Below, piece after piece: positions 59,133 through 64,000 of a stretch of DNA of 64,000 nt. Every line of letters starts with the position of its first letter. Position 1 is the stretch's first letter. Made by a program: the position numbers and the translations under genes. The stretch is from Bacteroidota bacterium (GTDB lineage Bacteria > Bacteroidota > Bacteroidia > Chitinophagales > Chitinophagaceae). The notes beneath the pieces were generated by a model, which searched no databases, was not told where the DNA came from, and was given only the letters and a program-made list of their open reading frames with translations. The stretch spans positions 98,181-162,180 of the forward strand of contig JAFEAF010000014.1 in NCBI GenBank assembly GCA_018266555.1, given 5' to 3'.

Positions 59133-59798
59133 ATGCAAAAACCATTGCTACATAAAATTCATAACAACTCATTTTGGCTTTCTGCTGAACGGTGCATGTT
59201 TTGGGAAGAAGAAAAAGCATTAATAGTTGCTGATCTTCATTTTGGAAAAACAGGCCACTTCAGAAAATCCGGTATCGCCATACCACAAACTGTTTATAAA
59301 GAAGATCTGCAAAGGTTGATACATCAAATACAGCATTTTCAACCTGAAAAAATAATTATCGCTGGAGATTTATTCCACAGCACTGAAAATAAAGAATTGG
59401 AGATGTTTCAAAAATGGAGAAAAGATTTTTCATTACTGAAAATTCATCTTATCAAAGGGAATCATGATATTTTATCAGATGATTGGTATCAAAATGCCGG
59501 TATAGAAGTTCATCAGCAGGGATGGATCGTTCAGGATTTTTGTTTTTGCCACGATCTCATTGATTCATCTCTCATGACTCATCACTCATCACTCTATTCT
59601 TTTTCCGGTCATATTCATCCGGCAATTCATCTGAACGGGATGAGCAAACAGTCGCTACGCTTTCCTTGTTTTTATTTTGCAAAAAAATATGCAGTGCTTC
59701 CTGCATTCAGCCGGTTTACAGGAACTCATCTTATCAAACCGGAAAAAGGTGAAATAGTTTTTGCAATTGCCGCAGAAAAAATTATACAGGTAACCTGA
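59133..59798 (+). CDS. pdeM: ligase-associated DNA-damage-response metallophosphoesterase PdeM
   Basis: Calcineurin-like motifs ADLHFGK, AGDLFH, GNHD and GHIHP; 221 aa; directly downstream of the DEXH helicase. Confidence 0.8.
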   Translation: MQKPLLHKIHNNSFWLSAERCMFWEEEKALIVADLHFGKTGHFRKSGIAIPQTVYKEDLQRLIHQIQHFQPEKIIIAGDLFHSTENKELEMFQKWRKDFSLLKIHLIKGNHDILSDDWYQNAGIEVHQQGWIVQDFCFCHDLIDSSLMTHHSSLYSFSGHIHPAIHLNGMSKQSLRFPCFYFAKKYAVLPAFSRFTGTHLIKPEKGEIVFAIAAEKIIQVT

Positions 59799-59799
59799 A

Positions 59800-59869
59800 T
59801 TTCCTGCATCCTACTTCCTACTTCCTACATCATACATCAGGTATCCTCCTTCCTACTTCTTTCTTCTAA
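59800..59869. repeat. degenerate heptanucleotide tandem repeat, about 10 units of CTTCCTA-like sequence
   Basis: Phased by hand: TTTCCTG CATCCTA CTTCCTA CTTCCTA CATCATA CATCAGG TATCCTC CTTCCTA CTTCTTT CTTCTAA. It fills the convergent spacer and the last codons of the minus-strand gene. Confidence 0.8.
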
Positions 59870-62318
59870 GCTGATTATAATCGAGAAAATAAATAAACCG
59901 GACACTGAATTCATTCCCATGCCTGAGATCGAATTGTTTTGTCAGATTACGCAAGTAGGTATTTTCATTGGGATTAAGATTTACCATTTCATCATCACCC
60001 AACCAGTTTTTATATCCTAATATCAAGCGGCTTCCCAGTCGGAAATCCCACGTCAGGAATACATCGGTATTGAAAATATTTACATTTTGATCTTGATTAC
60101 CTATCGGGGGCGAGAATGGGCTTCGGTTTTTCAGCTTTCCGTTTCCATCTACATCAAAAAATTCTTTATAGTCCACCTTATTCCAGTAATGGCGGGCTCT
60201 CAATGTAATATTCAACCGTGGTGTAAAATTATAAATTCCGGAAAGTACCGAAGTTAAACTGCGGTTATCCCTGAACGCAACAATCGGATCCCCATTATTC
60301 TCCCGAACAAAAGCATAACCTAATTGATTTACTTCTCTGCCGGAGCTTGTTTGCAGATCCAGGTTGAATTTATTTCCAAAACGATAACGCAATCCAAGAT
60401 CAAGTTCAAAATATGTATCATTATATTTTGGAGCAGTAGAATAAATAGCGCCATAGCTAAAGAAAAGTTTTTTGCGGCTGTCTGTGCTTCCGTTCAATAT
60501 GGCCTGGTAATTCTGCGGATAAGCGAGAAATTTTCCCGGAGTTCTTAGTTCAAAATAATCATGATCCCACAATGGATCTACGGTTGCATTTATGGACACA
60601 TCCCAAAAATTATGAAATATCCACATGGCCGAAGCCTGGACATTAAACCGGTTATACGCATAGGGGCGGTACAGGTATTGCAAGGAAGTCGTTAAAGAAT
60701 AATTGTACATCAGAAAATTATTCGTCGGTTTGTTTTGATAATAACTGACACTTCCTTTGTAGGAAACATTATTGGGAAAAAATAAAATACCCAGATCGTT
60801 GGGGTCATAATTTTCTGAGAGAATGCTGTTCGATACATAATATCGCCAACGGCCACTCACTTTAGCATATTTTAAAGACGTATTATATCCGTCATAAGGT
60901 GATGTGCCCCAAATCTTGCTATACCGGGCAGAGGCGCTGAACTGATGAATATTTTTTTTGTCAAATAAGGCAAGATCCAGTGAAGATACATTAGCATCCC
61001 TGTTGCTTCCGTTTCTTAAAACATTGGTGTTGGTAAATGTGATATAAGATCTTCCTTTAAATGCCTGGTCCAGTACGAGAATATTGTAGTTGGCCAAAGG
61101 TTCTGTTTCTATAATGGAATCTTTCCCGGTAGAAATATTCAGGATTTTTGCATGCATAGGCGCTGTGATAGCATTAAAAAATCCAATACCTAATTTTTTG
61201 GGGGTTCTCCCGGAAAGTTTAATGGCATTATAAAGTTGTGTTGTAGAAGGATTTCTGATTATCTCCAGGTTTGGATTTGCATCTACCAAATTTTGTACAT
61301 CATAATAATGTTCAGGCATTGCGCCCACTCTCCTCGAATAAAACAAACCCGCTTTATTAAAGAGTTCCGTTCCTTCAGTAAAGAATTGCCGGTTTTCCTG
61401 GAATTTGATTTCATAGGGTGTTAGATTATTAATCACATCATCTGAAACCACCTGCCCAAAATCGGGGATCAGTGTAGCATCCAGGGTAAAACTTTCATTA
61501 ATTCCATATTTCAGATCCATCCCACCGCTATACAACCATTGTTTATAGAAATCGTTTTTTTCAGGAGTGCTGCGATAGCCTGTAGATAAATAAGGAGAAA
61601 AGCTTAATCGCAACGGTGGTTTTATATCTTTTAACCCTTCCAAAACTCCAAATTGATTTACGAATCCGCCCACATTAGGATCTACTGGATTCCAGGTGCT
61701 GCTTTCGTTGGTTCTTCTTACAGATCTTAAAAACTGAAGGCCCCAATTCTGAACATCCCTTTTAGGAAAACGCAAAGAAAGGTATGGGATTCTCATTTCA
61801 ACCACCCAACCATCTTTTTTGATACTCACTTTACTATTCCAAACTGCATCCCATGTTTTATCACCGTATTCTCCAAAACCTGAAGGAAGGTTAGTCCCAA
61901 GCCGTGCATCACTCTGTACATTAGCTGTGGTAACGAGAAACTGAAACCCATTTTGATGATCATTATATGTATCCAGAAATATTGAAAAATAATCAACGTC
62001 ATTTTGTTGTTCTTCATCTCTTGCTGTGATCTGTTTGCGTATCTGTGCAGGATCATCATATAAATATGCACCTACATAAATAGCATTATTATCATACACA
62101 ATTTTTACTTCCGTTTTTTGTGAAGCTTTTAATCCGAAGGTTGGAAAATTTTCGATAAAATTCGTTGCTACAGGTGCATTTTTCCATGCGGCATCATCCA
62201 GGTTCCCGTCAATCTTTGGCGCCTGTGTAATTTTTACAGCCTGCAACGTTTTAATCTGGGAAAATGCCGGAAGACAAATCAGCAACAAGGATAAGCAGAA
62301 AATGGTTCTGAAACTCAC
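59853..62318 (-). CDS. outer-membrane protein with an N-terminal CBM9-like domain (DUF5916-like)
   Basis: Signal peptide, the DGNLDDAAWKNAPVATNFIENFP motif, and a long beta-rich C-terminal region; 821 aa. Confidence 0.72.
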   Translation of the reverse strand: MSFRTIFCLSLLLICLPAFSQIKTLQAVKITQAPKIDGNLDDAAWKNAPVATNFIENFPTFGLKASQKTEVKIVYDNNAIYVGAYLYDDPAQIRKQITARDEEQQNDVDYFSIFLDTYNDHQNGFQFLVTTANVQSDARLGTNLPSGFGEYGDKTWDAVWNSKVSIKKDGWVVEMRIPYLSLRFPKRDVQNWGLQFLRSVRRTNESSTWNPVDPNVGGFVNQFGVLEGLKDIKPPLRLSFSPYLSTGYRSTPEKNDFYKQWLYSGGMDLKYGINESFTLDATLIPDFGQVVSDDVINNLTPYEIKFQENRQFFTEGTELFNKAGLFYSRRVGAMPEHYYDVQNLVDANPNLEIIRNPSTTQLYNAIKLSGRTPKKLGIGFFNAITAPMHAKILNISTGKDSIIETEPLANYNILVLDQAFKGRSYITFTNTNVLRNGSNRDANVSSLDLALFDKKNIHQFSASARYSKIWGTSPYDGYNTSLKYAKVSGRWRYYVSNSILSENYDPNDLGILFFPNNVSYKGSVSYYQNKPTNNFLMYNYSLTTSLQYLYRPYAYNRFNVQASAMWIFHNFWDVSINATVDPLWDHDYFELRTPGKFLAYPQNYQAILNGSTDSRKKLFFSYGAIYSTAPKYNDTYFELDLGLRYRFGNKFNLDLQTSSGREVNQLGYAFVRENNGDPIVAFRDNRSLTSVLSGIYNFTPRLNITLRARHYWNKVDYKEFFDVDGNGKLKNRSPFSPPIGNQDQNVNIFNTDVFLTWDFRLGSRLILGYKNWLGDDEMVNLNPNENTYLRNLTKQFDLRHGNEFSVRFIYFLDYNQLRRKK

Positions 62319-62418
62319 GCATTAGTTTTTTGGTAGCACAAATATAATAGACTAAAATCAGGTTTTAAAGGCTGCTGAAGTAAATAAAATTTCGTAATGA
62401 CGACCGTAAAAATACGGT

Positions 62419-63168
62419 TTAATTCATCCTTTTTTTAAGGGAACTTACCTGTTCTTGTAATTCAGAAACTATATTGGTGAGTTGATGCATGTCCCAGCGG
62501 TCCTGAGCTTTTACTTTTGAAATAATAATTTGTGCCTGCCACATTTCCAATACATCTTCTGCATTCATAGTGTACGGATGAAAAGTAGGATTATCACTCA
62601 CCATGGTCAGTTTATTTTTGGTGCGATTGTTTTTTAATATTCTTTTATATACAATTCCTTCATTTCTTGATACCACGATACAGGCTGTGCTGTTTTTTAT
62701 ATTATCTAAGTTTTCAATTTTTTCGCCAACGATAATGGAGCCGCTTGGAGTAGGTAACATAGAGTCGCCGATGATTTCAAAAGCACGATACTCTCCTCCT
62801 GAAAGCATTGGTAATGTAAACGTGTTCAATTCATCAATGAAATCCTGGTCAGCATACCCGGCTAAATAACCGGCTGCGGCTTTCACCGGAACAAAAGGAA
62901 TCTGAGCAGGTCCAGACGTCATTTTCATCGCTCTGCGCTTGGCCAGATATCCTCCTTTCGTATCCGAAAGATCTTTCCTTAATAAATCATCAAGTGTCAA
63001 TTTGAAAATTTCGCTTACCACTTCCAGCACATCAATGCGTGGATCAGCTCTCTCTTCTTCGTATGCACCCAGTAGTGAACGTTTGATATGAAGCCTTTGA
63101 GCAAATTCTTCCTGAGTCCACCCCCGTTGATTGCGGAGATATTTGAGATTTTTGTTAGCAATTGACAT
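62419..63168 (-). CDS. XRE-family HTH repressor fused to an S24 (LexA-like) autopeptidase domain
   Basis: N-terminal HTH LKYLRNQRGWTQEEFAQRLHIKRSLLGAYE. C-terminal FEIIGDSMLPT (Ser) and GIVYKRI (Lys). Confidence 0.85.
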   Translation of the reverse strand: MSIANKNLKYLRNQRGWTQEEFAQRLHIKRSLLGAYEEERADPRIDVLEVVSEIFKLTLDDLLRKDLSDTKGGYLAKRRAMKMTSGPAQIPFVPVKAAAGYLAGYADQDFIDELNTFTLPMLSGGEYRAFEIIGDSMLPTPSGSIIVGEKIENLDNIKNSTACIVVSRNEGIVYKRILKNNRTKNKLTMVSDNPTFHPYTMNAEDVLEMWQAQIIISKVKAQDRWDMHQLTNIVSELQEQVSSLKKRMN

Positions 63169-63366
63169 ATACCCAATTTAATTAGCTGCAAAATACTAAT
63201 AATTTTAGATAAAGCAAATATTTTAATGACGAAAAAAATATTTTCCTCAATCTGAACCTGTGAAATAAGTTTTGCAGAATCCCGTTTTAATAACAGTACA
63301 GAGTTGATTTGAATTTCTTTAACCCTGTTCAGAAAAACGAAACATATTACATTTGTTGAAGAATTT

Positions 63367-64000
63367 ATGACTAAAAAGAAAACCGCATCGGTTTCGCTGA
63401 AGCGAAACGAGAAACCAAAACCGGTCATTCTGATTACCAATGATGATGGTGTGACAGCTCCGGGTATTCAAAACCTGGTGGAAGCTGTAAAAGACCTGGG
63501 CAAGATTGTTGTAGTTGCACCGGATAAACCTCAATCAGGTATGGGTCATGCTATCACAATCGGGCAACCTCTTCGACTGCACAAGATGCAAAGAGAAGAT
63601 AATATCGAAACCTGGTCCTGTACCGGTACCCCGGTAGATTGCGTAAAACTTGCAGTTGATAAAATTTTACATCGTAAACCTGATCTCTGCCTCAGTGGTA
63701 TCAATCATGGCGCCAATCATAGCATCAACGTAATTTATTCAGGCACTATGTCTGCGGCTGTAGAAGCTGCTATCGAAAGTATACCTTCAGTTGGTTTTTC
63801 TCTATTAGACTATAGTATTGAAGCTGATTTCTCCGGCGCCAAAAAATATGCACGAATTATAGTTGAGCATCTGCTGAAACAAAAACCCGACAAACATCTT
63901 GTTTTAAATGTAAACATTCCTGCAATCCCTGAAATTCAAATCAAGGGTATTAAAGTTTGCCGCCAGGCCTATGCTAAATATGTGGAAGATTTTATTGAAC
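63367..64000 (+). CDS. surE: 5'/3'-nucleotidase SurE; the 3' end runs off the right window edge
   Basis: Absent from the track because there is no stop in the window. My translation from the ATG at 63367 reads MTKKKTASVSLKRNEKPKPVILITNDDGVTAPGIQNLVEAVKDLGKIVVVAPDKPQSGMGHAIT...GINHGAN..., which contains the SurE signature. Confidence 0.9.
   Translation, partial: MTKKKTASVSLKRNEKPKPVILITNDDGVTAPGIQNLVEAVKDLGKIVVVAPDKPQSGMGHAITIGQPLRLHKMQREDNIETWSCTGTPVDCVKLAVDKILHRKPDLCLSGINHGANHSINVIYSGTMSAAVEAAIESIPSVGFSLLDYSIEADFSGAKKYARIIVEHLLKQKPDKHLVLNVNIPAIPEIQIKGIKVCRQAYAKYVEDFIE

Noticed and set aside
59800-59869. CRISPR-like array
   Set aside because: The units are 7 nt long and contiguous, with no spacers. 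This is a microsatellite-type tandem repeat.
63015-63534. Minus-strand ORFs of 141 aa and 71 aa spanning the XRE-S24 / surE spacer
   Set aside because: They overlap the well-supported 5' ends of both flanking genes and translate to low-complexity sequence.

Overview
This 64-kb chromosomal window looks like a low-GC member of the Bacteroidota, probably Chitinophagia/Sphingobacteriia-like. That placement is inferred from gene content and order: tig-clpP-clpX, rbfA next to a LolE-like permease, DUF3078/DUF5916-type outer-membrane proteins, Y_Y_Y sensor kinases and TAnnTTT-type promoter boxes. Both flanks are ordinary housekeeping. The left flank (1-20.7 kb) holds pabB (partial), purA, relA/spoT, tRNA-Leu(TAG), tig, two tandem clpP paralogues, clpX, class II RNR nrdJ, a GGGP-synthase-family gene, an M28 peptidase, a LytS/LytTR pair and dxs. 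The right flank (45.2-64 kb) holds osmC, scpA, mscL, ppk2, frr, a GT4/MraY-family transferase, the transketolase N-subunit, a lolE-like permease, rbfA, an msbA-like ABC exporter, a ligase-associated DEXH helicase with pdeM, a CBM9/DUF5916-like outer-membrane protein, an XRE-S24 repressor and surE (partial). The centre (20.7-45.2 kb) is the unusual part. It consists of two diverged tandem copies of a cassette: a ~990-aa beta-propeller/Y_Y_Y sensor histidine kinase, a NarL/LuxR response regulator, and a block of uncharacterised signal-peptide proteins (14 in total). These proteins fall into several in-island paralogue families: coiled-coil/TPR proteins with Gly-rich beta C-termini, three proteins ending ...EKL(Q/K)AMIDK, two ZU5-like proteins carrying an HFS autoproteolysis-type motif, and two small paralogues flanking an OMP beta-barrel. 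A near-identical 17-bp element (TAACTTTTGTTCTATTG) recurs in the island's intergenic spacers, always 20 nt upstream of a TAnnTTT box and often with its first three bases serving as the upstream gene's TAA stop. One island gene is split from its signal peptide by an A8 homopolymer frameshift. I saw no rRNA, CRISPR array, integrase or transposase. All calls come from reading the translations and sequence by eye; no database search was run.
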